Origin: Eubacteriales bacterium | GTDB taxonomy: Bacteria; Bacillota; Clostridia; Oscillospirales; UMGS1783 | Direction of reading: 5' to 3' | Length of the DNA: 64,000 bases | Assembly (NCBI GenBank): GCA_045541395.1 | Contig: JAZQIZ010000001.1 | Location: forward strand, 21,233 to 85,232 | The notes under the pieces: generated by a model | Database searches by the model: none | The model's input: the letters and a program-made list of their open reading frames with translations, nothing else | Told to the model about the DNA's origin: nothing | Position numbers and translations under genes: made by a program | Shown: piece after piece, positions 53,157 through 62,755 of the stretch | Numbering within the stretch: the first letter of the stretch is position 1 | Layout: each line of letters begins with the position of its first letter

Positions 53157-54761
53157 TTAGGCCTTTTTCTTGGATATCTTACCAATAATAAAGAGAACCA
53201 GAACCATAACAACTATCATAATAGGAAGGGCAATAAGCCAGTTCTGTACGAAAGCCGCTAAAATGTAACCAACAGCGGAAACGCCTGCAACTAACAGTGC
53301 GTAAGGAAGCTGAGTGGAAACGTGGTTCAAGTGGTTGCACTGAGCACCGGTAGACGCCATAATCGTGGTGTCGGAAATAGGTGAGCAGTGGTCGCCGCAA
53401 ACTGCGCCTGCAAGGCAAGCGGATACTGCAATAACAAGAAGTTCGCCTTCAAAGCCTGCATTAACAACAATAGGAATAAGAATACCGAAGGTACCCCAAG
53501 ATGTGCCGGTTGCAAAGGAAAGGCCAATAGCAATGAGGAATATAACTGCAGGTAAGAACAGCTTAAGTGTTTCTGCATTTGCAAGTAAGCTTTCAACAAA
53601 TACGTCAGCACCGAGCAAGCCGGTCATTGTGCAAAGAGTCCATGCGAAGGTAAGAATAAGAATGGCGGGAACCATAGACTTAAAGCCTTCGGGAATAGCT
53701 TCCATACACTGCTTAAAGGTAAGTATTCTGCGGCACATATAGTAAATTATCACAAATATGAGGGCAAGAATAGAACCTAAAGGCAAACCTAAAGTAGCAT
53801 CGCAATCACCAAACGCGGTAATAAGATCAACACCGCCAAAGAATCCGCCGGTGTAAAGCATACCAACAACGCAAAGAACAATAAGAACAACTATGGGGAG
53901 AATAAGGTCAATAACTTTACCCTTGGGGTTGCTTTCTTCAACTTCTGCATTAGCATAAGGTCTGTCGGGAGTAGTGTAAATATCGCCGTTTTCAGCATTG
54001 TCTTCGTGCTTCTTCATGGGGCCGAAGTCAACCTTCATAACAGCAATAGCTATCATCATTACAATAGTAAGTAAAGAGTAGAAGTTATAAGGAATAGCCT
54101 TAATGAAAAGCTCAATACCGTTGTAGCCTTCAACAACACCTGCTACAGCAGCAGCCCAGGAAGAAACGGGGGCTATCATACAAACAGGAGCAGCGGTAGC
54201 GTCAATTATGTAAGCAAGCTTTGCGCGGGAAACCTTCTGCTTATCGGTTACAGGACGCATAACAGAACCTACTGTAAGGCAGTTAAAATAGTCGTCAACA
54301 AAGATAAGGCAGCCTAAAGCGGTGGTAGCGAGCATAGCGCCGGTACGGGAGTTGATCTTCTTAGCAGCCCAGTTACCGTATGCAGCGGAACCGCCTGCAC
54401 GGTTAATAAGAATAACAATAGCGCCTAAGGTTACAAGGAAAACAAGAATACCAACGTTACCTGCATCGGCAAGAGAACCTATAAAGCCGGTGTTTACAAG
54501 GCCGTAATAGGTGTTTTCCAGATTAAAGTTGCCGTAGAAAAGAGCGCCTGCCAAAATACCAACGAACAGGGAAGAATAAACTTCCTTGGTGATAAGAGCA
54601 AGAGCAATGGCGATTACAGGGGGTAAAAGAGCCCAACCTGTTGCATACAGATCGCTCTGGTAATCTTCGCTGCCGAAATCAGCTGCGCTTGCAGCTACAA
54701 CACACAGAGAAGCAACAACCAATACAACCATAAGTATGCGGAAAAACTTCTGCTTTGTCAT
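53157..54761 (-). CDS. NhaC-family Na+/H+ antiporter-type transporter (probable lysine-related transporter, given the L-box)
   Basis: 534 aa, ~12 TM segments, NhaC C-terminal pattern. Preceded by a lysine riboswitch. Confidence 0.8.
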   Translation of the reverse strand: MTKQKFFRILMVVLVVASLCVVAASAADFGSEDYQSDLYATGWALLPPVIAIALALITKEVYSSLFVGILAGALFYGNFNLENTYYGLVNTGFIGSLADAGNVGILVFLVTLGAIVILINRAGGSAAYGNWAAKKINSRTGAMLATTALGCLIFVDDYFNCLTVGSVMRPVTDKQKVSRAKLAYIIDATAAPVCMIAPVSSWAAAVAGVVEGYNGIELFIKAIPYNFYSLLTIVMMIAIAVMKVDFGPMKKHEDNAENGDIYTTPDRPYANAEVEESNPKGKVIDLILPIVVLIVLCVVGMLYTGGFFGGVDLITAFGDCDATLGLPLGSILALIFVIIYYMCRRILTFKQCMEAIPEGFKSMVPAILILTFAWTLCTMTGLLGADVFVESLLANAETLKLFLPAVIFLIAIGLSFATGTSWGTFGILIPIVVNAGFEGELLVIAVSACLAGAVCGDHCSPISDTTIMASTGAQCNHLNHVSTQLPYALLVAGVSAVGYILAAFVQNWLIALPIMIVVMVLVLFIIGKISKKKA

Positions 54762-54773
54762 ATTAATCCTCCT

Positions 54774-54992
54774 AAAATAAAATTCGTGAGATGTTATGGA
54801 TACACCTCACGAATATATATCATGATAGCTCTCCACATAAATGTGACAGTATACTGCATATTCTGCAATATCCCAGCGGTAAAAATAACAGGCTTTAAAT
54901 TACCGCTTCGGCAAATACTCCTTTCATATGCCACAATGCCCGTATATAAGACATATTACTTATAGTATCCGCGCCTCTACCCATAGTTCATC
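54774..54992 (-). promoter_or_regulatory. Lysine riboswitch (L-box) with intrinsic terminator
   Basis: The minus strand reads GGGTAGAGGCGCGGAT...AAGTA...GAAAGGAG...TTGCCGAAGCGG...CCGCTGGG...ACTGTCAC...TGGAGAGCTATC. The terminator follows: TTCGTGAGGTG/CATCTCACGAA plus TTTTATTTT. Confidence 0.85.
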
Positions 54993-55015
54993 TCAGAACT
55001 TATAATATTTAGTTT

Positions 55016-55044
55016 ATAATAACTTAATTTAAGTGAAAAAGCAA
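55016..55044 (-). promoter_or_regulatory. Probable promoter of the L-box-nhaC unit
   Basis: Minus strand: TTGCTT (55039-55044), 17-nt spacer, TATTAT (55016-55021). The -35 and spacer lie inside the 53-bp repeat. Confidence 0.5.
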
Positions 55045-55070
55045 TAGATTTATTAATTTTTTTTGAATTT
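55018..55070. repeat. 53-bp direct repeat, copy A
   Basis: aataacttaatttaagtgaaaaagcaatagatttattaattttttttgaattt, identical to 57594-57646. Confidence 0.95.
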
Positions 55071-55086
55071 ATTCGCCTTTTTTCGC

Positions 55087-55119
55087 AAAAAAAGAGGCTG
55101 TATTATTTGATACAGCCTC
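55087..55119 (-). terminator. GH31 gene terminator
   Basis: gaggctgtat pairs with atacagcctc. The minus strand is followed by T7. Confidence 0.85.
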
Positions 55120-55132
55120 CGCAAAGTAAAGG

Positions 55133-57517
55133 TTATATAATATTAATTTTTATAGGCTCTCCGGTGCTGTCGGGAATTATTCTCAGCCCGTCGTCTTCCA
55201 ATGCTGCTGCGCCGCCGCTTATTCCGTCTATTTTACTTATGCCGTAAATCGTTGCTGTCCAGTTTTTGTTTTCGGAGTCTATGTTAATAGTAAGTACATT
55301 TTCATTCATATTGACAGCTAAATTAGCCACAAGGTTTTGTTCCTTGTTGTATACTTGAATTTCCTTACTCATTCCGTTTTCAAATCCGAAAAGCTCGTAG
55401 GTTATACCGTCAACATAATTATATTCGGTGGTTGAATCTATGGCGCCTTTAGCTATAACAGATCCGGGTTTTATCAGCATCGGTAAATTTATATAATCGT
55501 AGGTTCTTTCATACCAATGCCCGCCTGCAAAGCTTTCTTTATCTATATAATTTATCCAGTTACCGCCTTCGGGAACGTAGAAATCTACACTGCCATCCTC
55601 GCTGAATACGGGGGCAACAAGAATGCTGTCCCCCAGCATATATTGTCTGTCAAGGCACAAGCAGTTTCGGTCGTTTGGAAATTCCAACATCATCGCTCTC
55701 ATTACTGGGTGTCCAAACTTTGCTGCTTCTACGGATTGGGAATATAAATAAGGCATTAGTGTGTTTTTCTGCTTTGTGAAATATTTAAGTACGTCACAGC
55801 TTTCCTCGTCAAATTCCCAGGGAACACGCCTGCTGCAGCTGGCGTGCAGTCGCCCGTGGGTGCAAAGGTGCCCGAATGCAACCCAGCGTTTGTATAGATC
55901 CGCTGTAGGTCTGGAAGCAAATCCGCTTATATCCTGCGCCCAAAAGCTAAACCCCGATTGGCAAAGTGATAATCCGCCTCTGAGCATCTGCGCCATGGAT
56001 GTGTATGCGCCGTGGTCATCGCCGCCCCAGGGCAGGGGGAATTTCTGCGATCCTACGGTACCGCTACGTTCAAGTAAGCAAGCTTCGCCCTTTTCTTTCT
56101 TAAGCATATTGTAAAGACATTCAATATATAAATAAGGATAAACGTTATGCATTGCTTCTGGGTCCGAGCCGTCATAGTAGGTAACGTCGGTGGGAATATG
56201 CTCTGCAAAATCCGCTACTATGGCGTCAACCCCTAAACGTATAACCGTTGCAACTTGCTCAGCGTACCATTTTGAAGCTTCTGGGTTTGTGAAATCCACA
56301 ACTGCCATACCCGGCATCCAGTGGTCGGTCTGCCAAACACTTTTTCCGTCCTTGGTCTTTAAGAAATATCCCTTTTCCTTTCCTTCCTCAAACAAATCGG
56401 AAAGTTGGCTTACATAAGGGTTAAGCCAAACACAGGTGCGGATACCCTGCTTATGAATCCAATCCATGAGCTCTTTGGGATCGTAAAACGGCTCTGACCA
56501 TTTATCAAACTGCACTGCGGTAAAAGGCTCCATCCAGTCCGCATCAAAATGGAAAACCGAAAAGGGAATATCGTGCTCTTTCATACGGGTAATGGTCGCC
56601 TTTGCAAGGTCGTTGCCTACGTCTACGTTCCAGCAAGATGATAACCATAATCCGAAGGACCAGGAGGGCGGAACCTGTGAGCGACCGGTCATTGCCGTAT
56701 ATTTTGTCAGTACATCAAGGGGCTTTGGTCCGCCTATTACCATATATTCAAAGGTTTCCGCTTCTATACAGAAGGTTACATGCTCCACATCCATATGGCC
56801 TATGTCAAATTCAAGATATCTGCTGTCATTAACAAAAATGCCGTAGCCCTTACTGGAAAGGTAGAAAGGAATATTAGTATATGTTTCATCGGTAACCGTA
56901 ATGTTATCGCGGTTCCACATTTCAACTGTCTGTCCGTTTCTTACCAAAGGACCGAATCTTTCTCCAAGGCCGTATATGTACTCGCCAATTCCCAAATCAA
57001 GCATTTCCCGCAAATATCTGCCGTAAAAATGTGTATTTGGCTCGCGGTGGCGGGTGGTGGTCATACGGTCGGAATCTAAATTAATATCGGTTATATATGA
57101 TCCGCCGCCGTGACTTCCCGTAAGCAGTTTTCCGTCAAAGTAAAAATCAAACCCGAATTCATTCTTCTTTTGAATAACCACCCGCATTTTTCCGTTTATT
57201 ATTGTAAGGGCGTTTTCGTTATCCTCAACATCCAGTGGCAGATCTTCGCGCTCGGTTTTATATGGCGCGCCCTTTATATCACCACCCAAAAAATGAGAAA
57301 GCTTAACCGCAATAACATCCTTTGAAGGCGCGCTGAAAGTATATGTTAAGGTTACGGGAAAAAGATGCTCACTGTTCTTTTTAAGGTTAAAGGTAATAGC
57401 CTGTACTTCTACCGACTCAGGCTTTATCTTATAGCGGAGCATCTCTTTAGCTTCGTATATCTTTGCTCCGGTGGCATAGCCCCATTGCTGTTCGGAAAAA
57501 CGCTTCATTTTTGTCAA
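55133..57517 (-). CDS. Glycoside hydrolase family 31 (alpha-xylosidase/alpha-glucosidase, YicI-like)
   Basis: 794 aa. VDAIVADFAEHIP resembles the KTDFGE nucleophile block. PLPWGGDD, WLNPY. SD AGGAG. Confidence 0.85.
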   Translation of the reverse strand: MTKMKRFSEQQWGYATGAKIYEAKEMLRYKIKPESVEVQAITFNLKKNSEHLFPVTLTYTFSAPSKDVIAVKLSHFLGGDIKGAPYKTEREDLPLDVEDNENALTIINGKMRVVIQKKNEFGFDFYFDGKLLTGSHGGGSYITDINLDSDRMTTTRHREPNTHFYGRYLREMLDLGIGEYIYGLGERFGPLVRNGQTVEMWNRDNITVTDETYTNIPFYLSSKGYGIFVNDSRYLEFDIGHMDVEHVTFCIEAETFEYMVIGGPKPLDVLTKYTAMTGRSQVPPSWSFGLWLSSCWNVDVGNDLAKATITRMKEHDIPFSVFHFDADWMEPFTAVQFDKWSEPFYDPKELMDWIHKQGIRTCVWLNPYVSQLSDLFEEGKEKGYFLKTKDGKSVWQTDHWMPGMAVVDFTNPEASKWYAEQVATVIRLGVDAIVADFAEHIPTDVTYYDGSDPEAMHNVYPYLYIECLYNMLKKEKGEACLLERSGTVGSQKFPLPWGGDDHGAYTSMAQMLRGGLSLCQSGFSFWAQDISGFASRPTADLYKRWVAFGHLCTHGRLHASCSRRVPWEFDEESCDVLKYFTKQKNTLMPYLYSQSVEAAKFGHPVMRAMMLEFPNDRNCLCLDRQYMLGDSILVAPVFSEDGSVDFYVPEGGNWINYIDKESFAGGHWYERTYDYINLPMLIKPGSVIAKGAIDSTTEYNYVDGITYELFGFENGMSKEIQVYNKEQNLVANLAVNMNENVLTINIDSENKNWTATIYGISKIDGISGGAAALEDDGLRIIPDSTGEPIKINII

Positions 57518-57593
57518 CTCCTAAAATTAATACTTTTTCATAAATACAATTATAGCATACTTATTTTTTAATTCTATAAACATTTTCAGTTAC

Positions 57594-57646
57594 AATAACT
57601 TAATTTAAGTGAAAAAGCAATAGATTTATTAATTTTTTTTGAATTT
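57594..57646. repeat. 53-bp direct repeat, copy B (contains the ygiQ 3' end)
   Basis: Identical to 55018-55070. Nucleotides 57629-57646 encode KFKKN-stop of the radical SAM gene. Confidence 0.95.
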
Positions 57647-59470
57647 TAGCCTTGGATTTTGCCCTTTTTTGGCGGTTTTTGTGCCTTGTATCAGGCAACC
57701 CTTGCCGTTACCGATCAAATCGGTTCTGCCTGCCTTTATAAGCGCCTCTTTTACGGTCTCATAATTCTCAGGCTTATAGTACTGCAAAAGTGCCCTTTGC
57801 ATATTCTTTTCTTTTGGGGTCTTTGGTACGTACACCGACTTCATTGTTCTCGGGTCAACCTCCGTATAGTACATAACCGTAGAAAGGGTAGAAGGAGTTG
57901 GGTAAAAATCCTGAACCTGCTCTGGCTTATGCCCTGTGTTTTTAAGGTAAACCGCCAGATCAACGGCGTCTTGTAACGTACTGCCGGGGTGTGAGGACAT
58001 AAGATACGGAACCACAAACTGCTTAAGTCCAAGCTCATCATTTACCTGCTTATATTTTCTTAAAAATTCAAGGTAGACCTTATGCGGCGGCTTTCCCATC
58101 ACCTTCAGCACGTTATCGGAAATATGCTCAGGAGCAAGCTTTAGTTGACCGCTTATATGGTGTTTTGCAAGCTCCCTTATGAATCTGTTGTTTTTGTCAC
58201 ATAACAGATAATCAAATCTTATGCCTGAACGAACAAATACCTTTTTTACCTTCGGTAGCTCTCTCAGTTTCTTTAACAGAGCAGTGTAATCCGAATGGTC
58301 AGCAATTAAGTTTTTGCAGGGGGTGGGGAACAAACACTGTCGGTTTAAGCAAACGCCATCTTTAAGCTGCTTTTTACAGGCAGGCTGCCTGAAATTAGCG
58401 GTTGGACCGCCAACGTCGTTAATATAACCCTTAAAATCTTTATCTTTAGTAAGTTCAATTGCTTCATTTATAATTGATTCATGGCTTCGCGCCTGGATTA
58501 TTCTGCCTTGATGAAAATTTAGTGAACAGAATGAGCAACCGCCAAAACAGCCACGGGCGCTTTGAATGGAGAATTTAATTTCCTTAATAGCATCTACTCC
58601 CCCGAGTTTTTTGTAAGAAGAATGGATATCGCGCATATAAGGCAAGGAATAAACTCTGTCCATCTCCTCGGAGGAAAGAGGCTTTGCAGGCGGGTTTTGC
58701 ACCACGTAAAAATCCTCATAAGGTTCAACAAGCCTTTTTGCTGTAAACGGATCGGTATTTTTATTCTGTACCATAAAGCTTTCGGCATATTTAAGTTTAT
58801 TGTCTAATAATTCATTGTAAGAGGGAAGCAGTTGATAATCATAAATACTTTCTTTTTCCTTTGTTTTGTATACCGTTCCGTCTATAAATGTTATATCTTT
58901 GATCTCAAGTCCGCTGTCAAGAGCTTGGGCTACCTCCACAATGCTCTTTTCGCCCATTCCGTATAAAAGCAGATCAGCCTGAGAATCAAGAAGCACAGAA
59001 CGCTTCAGTTTATCTGACCAATAATCATAATGGGCAAGTCTTCTTAGGCTGGCCTCAATTCCGCCTATTATAATAGGGCTGTCCTTATAAACCTGCTTTA
59101 TAAGGTTGCAATAAACAATAGTTGCCCTGTCCGGACGTTTGCCGATTTTTCCGCCGGGAGTGTATGCATCAAGGCTTCTTTTCTTTTTTGCGGCAGTGTA
59201 ATGGTTGACCATAGAATCCATATTCCCTGCGCTAACCAGGAAACCGAGCCTTGGTTTGCCAAATAGGGTAATGCTGTTTTTGTCTTTCCAGTCAGGCTGA
59301 GAAATAATTCCCACCTTGTAGCCGAAAGATTCAAGGACTCTGCTTATAATTGCAGTGCCGAAAGAAGGATGATCCACATAAGCATCACCTGTAATATAGG
59401 CAAAATCAACCTCTTCCCAGCCTAAGCTTTTCATTTCATTGTAGGATATAGGCAGAAACCTCTTTGACAT
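57629..59470 (-). CDS. ygiQ: YgiQ-family (UPF0313) radical SAM protein
   Basis: 613 aa. The N-terminal domain pattern is [14 protein letters not shown], and the cluster motif is CFGGCSFCS. Confidence 0.9.
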   Translation of the reverse strand: MSKRFLPISYNEMKSLGWEEVDFAYITGDAYVDHPSFGTAIISRVLESFGYKVGIISQPDWKDKNSITLFGKPRLGFLVSAGNMDSMVNHYTAAKKKRSLDAYTPGGKIGKRPDRATIVYCNLIKQVYKDSPIIIGGIEASLRRLAHYDYWSDKLKRSVLLDSQADLLLYGMGEKSIVEVAQALDSGLEIKDITFIDGTVYKTKEKESIYDYQLLPSYNELLDNKLKYAESFMVQNKNTDPFTAKRLVEPYEDFYVVQNPPAKPLSSEEMDRVYSLPYMRDIHSSYKKLGGVDAIKEIKFSIQSARGCFGGCSFCSLNFHQGRIIQARSHESIINEAIELTKDKDFKGYINDVGGPTANFRQPACKKQLKDGVCLNRQCLFPTPCKNLIADHSDYTALLKKLRELPKVKKVFVRSGIRFDYLLCDKNNRFIRELAKHHISGQLKLAPEHISDNVLKVMGKPPHKVYLEFLRKYKQVNDELGLKQFVVPYLMSSHPGSTLQDAVDLAVYLKNTGHKPEQVQDFYPTPSTLSTVMYYTEVDPRTMKSVYVPKTPKEKNMQRALLQYYKPENYETVKEALIKAGRTDLIGNGKGCLIQGTKTAKKGQNPRLKFKKN

Positions 59471-59543
59471 GATAGCAACTCCTATGTTTTTTCTTAATTA
59501 TATATGTTTTACACAAAAAAAGCAATTCGTAAATCATTATTCC

Positions 59544-59572
59544 TTGCATTTATACTCTATAAAGAGTATAAT
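59544..59572 (+). promoter_or_regulatory. Citrate synthase promoter with embedded inverted repeat
   Basis: TTGCAT, 17-nt spacer, TATAAT. The IR tatactct-ataa-agagtata (59551-59570) overlaps the -10. Confidence 0.65.
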
Positions 59573-59595
59573 ACTTTCTAAAGGAGTTGAGTTTC

Positions 59596-60933
59596 TTGAA
59601 TGATTTTGTAAAAGATTTTAACAGTAATATTCGCAATGAATATACAATAAAGGATCCCTATTATGCCGAAAACGTTAAAAGCGGCCTTCGTAATTCTGAC
59701 GGTACAGGTGTTCTTGCCGGCGTTACCCGCATAGGCTCTGTTCAGGGTTATTATATGGAAGACGGCGTTCGTCTTCCTATGAAGGGTAAGCTTTACTATC
59801 GCGGCATTAACTTAGAGGATATTGTTGAACAGCATATGGAAAGCGATACGTATGGCTTTGAGGAAGTCGCATATCTTCTGCTGTTCGGTAAACTGCCTAC
59901 ACAGGAGCAGTTTGATGCTTTTTGTGAGATGCTTTCCAAGACAAGAAATTTCCCCTCTAATTTCACTGAGGACGTTATTTTGAAATCCCCCAGCAATAAC
60001 ATTATGAACAAGGTCGCTCGCGGAGTTATGGCTTTGTATTCTTACGATGAATCTCCGGAGGACGATTCTGTTGAAAACCTTATTCGTCAGTCTATTGAGC
60101 TTATTGGAAAGTTCCCTGTAATCGTTGCAAACTCTTACAGAGCAAAGCGCCATTATTTTGATGGGAAATCACTTTATTTGCATAACCCCAAAGAAAATAT
60201 CTCTATTTCCGAAAATCTTCTCCGTATGCTCAGAACCAATAAGACCTATACAAAAGAAGAAGCCAAATTGCTGGATCTTTTGCTTATGGTATGTGCTGAG
60301 CACGGCGGTGGTGATCCCACTGCCTTTACCTGCCGCGCAATAACCTCAGCAGGCGCCGATACTTACAGTGCCATTGCCGGTGCTATCGGTTCCCTTAAAG
60401 GCGAGAAGCAGGGGGGCATAATGATAAAAGTAATTGAAATGCTTGAAGATATAAAGGCTAACGTTGAAAACCCCAAGAATGATGAGCTTATGTCTGAATA
60501 TATTGGAAAGCTTTTAAGAGGCGAAGCTTTTGACGGCAGCGGTATTATTTACGGTATAGGACATACTGTTTATACACTTTCCGATCCCCGTTCTGAACTG
60601 CTTAAAAAGTACGCCCGCAAAATGGCGGAGGAGAAGGGACTTTTAGATGATTTTCGTATTTTAGAGAAAGTCGAGGTAGTTGGTATTCCCAGTATTATGG
60701 CTTACAACAAGAGTCTTATTCCTCTTTGTGCAACCGTAGATATGTATGCAGGTTTTATTTGCAAAATGCTTGAGATCCCTTCTGAACTTTACGCACCGTT
60801 GTTTGCCGTTTCCAGAATTGCGGGCTGGTGTGCTCACAGGATCGAAGAGGTTGTTTCCGGCGGCAAAGTTATGCGCCCTGCATACCGTGCGGCCGTGGCT
60901 AAAATGCCCTACACCTTAATGGAGGACAGATAA
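59596..60933 (+). CDS. Citrate synthase
   Basis: GIGHTVYTLSDPR and the C-terminal AGWCAHRIEE pattern. The TTG at 59596 (9 nt after GGAG) is preferred over the TTG at 59587, which abuts the SD. Confidence 0.85.
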   Translation: MNDFVKDFNSNIRNEYTIKDPYYAENVKSGLRNSDGTGVLAGVTRIGSVQGYYMEDGVRLPMKGKLYYRGINLEDIVEQHMESDTYGFEEVAYLLLFGKLPTQEQFDAFCEMLSKTRNFPSNFTEDVILKSPSNNIMNKVARGVMALYSYDESPEDDSVENLIRQSIELIGKFPVIVANSYRAKRHYFDGKSLYLHNPKENISISENLLRMLRTNKTYTKEEAKLLDLLLMVCAEHGGGDPTAFTCRAITSAGADTYSAIAGAIGSLKGEKQGGIMIKVIEMLEDIKANVENPKNDELMSEYIGKLLRGEAFDGSGIIYGIGHTVYTLSDPRSELLKKYARKMAEEKGLLDDFRILEKVEVVGIPSIMAYNKSLIPLCATVDMYAGFICKMLEIPSELYAPLFAVSRIAGWCAHRIEEVVSGGKVMRPAYRAAVAKMPYTLMEDR

Positions 60934-60936
60934 AGA

Positions 60937-60964
60937 ATAACAGCCTGTGCTTAACAGGCTGTTA
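60937..60964 (+). terminator. Hairpin after citrate synthase
   Basis: taacagcctgt pairs with acaggctgtta. The T tract is weak. Confidence 0.5.
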
Positions 60965-60983
60965 ATTATGAGGTTATTTTATA

Positions 60984-62321
60984 ATGAAAAAAATATTATT
61001 GGTATTTTGTGTTGTAGTTTTAATTCTTGGTCTTTCTGTGAACGCCCTTGCCGGTAATGATACAGACGGTGTTGCTTTTGTTACTATTACGAACTGTGAT
61101 ACAGGAAAAAGCATTTCTGAAGACGAGCTTTCTCAGTTTTTGTATCATGATCAGGGGGACGGCAGATTCACCTTAACCAGTATCCGCGGCGGTTATTACG
61201 TGGATTTTACCCAGGGCGGGCTTAAAGAAAGCTGGTATGAAATTGTTTACACTGTAAAGGAACTTGAAAATAACAGAGTTCAGATCGTAATGGAGGACGG
61301 TTCATTGCTTGCGGACAGCGGGAAGAAAAAATCCTGCGCAGAATCACTTGAATTGTATGCGGCAGATTCTACGGCGCTTGAAACCGGTTGGTATATAACA
61401 GAGGATATTGGGCCTGTAAAAATTCTTCCTTTAGGTGATTCGCTTACGTTTGGTACCAATCCTGATGATACCGAAAACGATCCTGTAGGCTATAGGGAAA
61501 AGCTTTCCGGGTACCTTCTGGATTATTTCAATATGCTTTGCTTTGTGGGACCGCAGAACACTCCAACTCTGCTTACGGATAAATTTTTACTCCGTCATGC
61601 AGGTTATCCCGGTTACGTTATAGAAGATGTTTACGGTGATGATCTTCATCCGGGTATAAATACCTTGGTTCCTGAAATTATGGAGGAATACACCCCCGAT
61701 ATCGTTGTTCTTATGATAGGAACCAACGATTGCACAATGCTTGCCGGAAGTCTTGATATGGATTCCGATATGGCCGCCTTGGCAGATCGTTGGAAGGCTC
61801 TCATAAAACAGATAGACGAAAAACTTCCCGACGACGGTATGGTAATTTGTTGTTCAATCCCCCCTCTTTTAGGCGGCAGGGATGAGCTTCTGAACGAAAA
61901 GATAAAATCAGGCGTTGAAGCGCTTAAAGAGGAAGAAATAAAAGTTTCTTTTGCCGACGTTTATTCTTTATTTGAAAACAATGATGATTATTTAAGCTCT
62001 GACGGCGCTCATTTAAGCAATAAAGGTTACAGTGCAGTTGCGGAGTATTTGTGCAAATTTATTGCTTTGGAATACGGCCGAAACGGTGTTAAGGGTGAGG
62101 GTATGGAGGTGACCTTTGAAGAGGTTGAGCCTCCCGAGGAAAGTAAGGTTGAAGAATCTAAAGTTGAGGAAAAACCCAGTGAGCCGGAATCTACCGTAGA
62201 GCCTGAGACTCAGCCTGTGCCTGAAGGCAAAGAACAGATATTCTTTATTTTAGTCGGCGTAATTGCCTTAATGGTTATAGCAATAATAATTTTACTTATT
62301 CTTAAAAGAAAAAGCAAATAA
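60984..62321 (+). CDS. Cell-surface SGNH/GDSL hydrolase (signal peptide, C-terminal membrane anchor)
   Basis: ILPLGDSLTFG, GTNDC, DGAHLS. Acidic PE-rich linker followed by a TM segment. Confidence 0.7.
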   Translation: MKKILLVFCVVVLILGLSVNALAGNDTDGVAFVTITNCDTGKSISEDELSQFLYHDQGDGRFTLTSIRGGYYVDFTQGGLKESWYEIVYTVKELENNRVQIVMEDGSLLADSGKKKSCAESLELYAADSTALETGWYITEDIGPVKILPLGDSLTFGTNPDDTENDPVGYREKLSGYLLDYFNMLCFVGPQNTPTLLTDKFLLRHAGYPGYVIEDVYGDDLHPGINTLVPEIMEEYTPDIVVLMIGTNDCTMLAGSLDMDSDMAALADRWKALIKQIDEKLPDDGMVICCSIPPLLGGRDELLNEKIKSGVEALKEEEIKVSFADVYSLFENNDDYLSSDGAHLSNKGYSAVAEYLCKFIALEYGRNGVKGEGMEVTFEEVEPPEESKVEESKVEEKPSEPESTVEPETQPVPEGKEQIFFILVGVIALMVIAIIILLILKRKSK

Positions 62322-62351
62322 AAAAATCCTGCTTATACAGCAGGATTTTTT
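62321..62351. terminator. Bidirectional terminator
   Basis: aaatcctgct pairs with agcaggattt, flanked by A and T runs. Confidence 0.85.
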
Positions 62352-62352
62352 A

Positions 62353-62592
62353 TTACTTATACAGTTCTTCTTTGCATGCAGGGCAAATGAATTTTTCCTT
62401 GAATCTTGTGAGACCTTCACGTTCATCGCAGAATACGCAACCAACCTGATATTTTCTTAAAACAATGCCTTCATCAGAAACGAAAACTTCTAAAGAATCC
62501 TTTACTCTGATATCCATGACTCTTCTGAGTTCCATAGGAAGAACTATTCTGCCGAGTTCGTCAATCTGTCTAACTATACCTGTTGCTTTCAT
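62353..62592 (-). CDS. abrB: AbrB-family transition-state regulator (SpoVT/AbrB N-domain plus Cys4 tail)
   Basis: MKATGIVRQIDELGRIVLPMELRRVMDI... The C-terminus is CVFCDEREGLTRFKEKFICPAC. Confidence 0.9.
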   Translation of the reverse strand: MKATGIVRQIDELGRIVLPMELRRVMDIRVKDSLEVFVSDEGIVLRKYQVGCVFCDEREGLTRFKEKFICPACKEELYK

Positions 62593-62619
62593 GATTTTTT
62601 CCCCCTTAATTTTTTCTTT

Positions 62620-62684
62620 AGTGTATCATTTTTCTAATAATTTTGTCAATATTTTTTGTCATTTTTTTGTCATAATTTTGTGAA
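62620..62684 (-). promoter_or_regulatory. abrB promoter region with phased TGACAAA-type boxes
   Basis: Minus strand: TTGACA (62644-62649), 18-nt spacer, TGaTACACT. TGTCA/TGTGA cores on the plus strand lie at 62644, 62657, 62668 and 62679 (11-13 bp phasing). Confidence 0.5.
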
Positions 62685-62755
62685 TTTTTTGCAACTTTTT
62701 TAGGCTATACTGTATTGTTTGGCTAATAATGTAAAACATTGCTGAATTATGGGTT

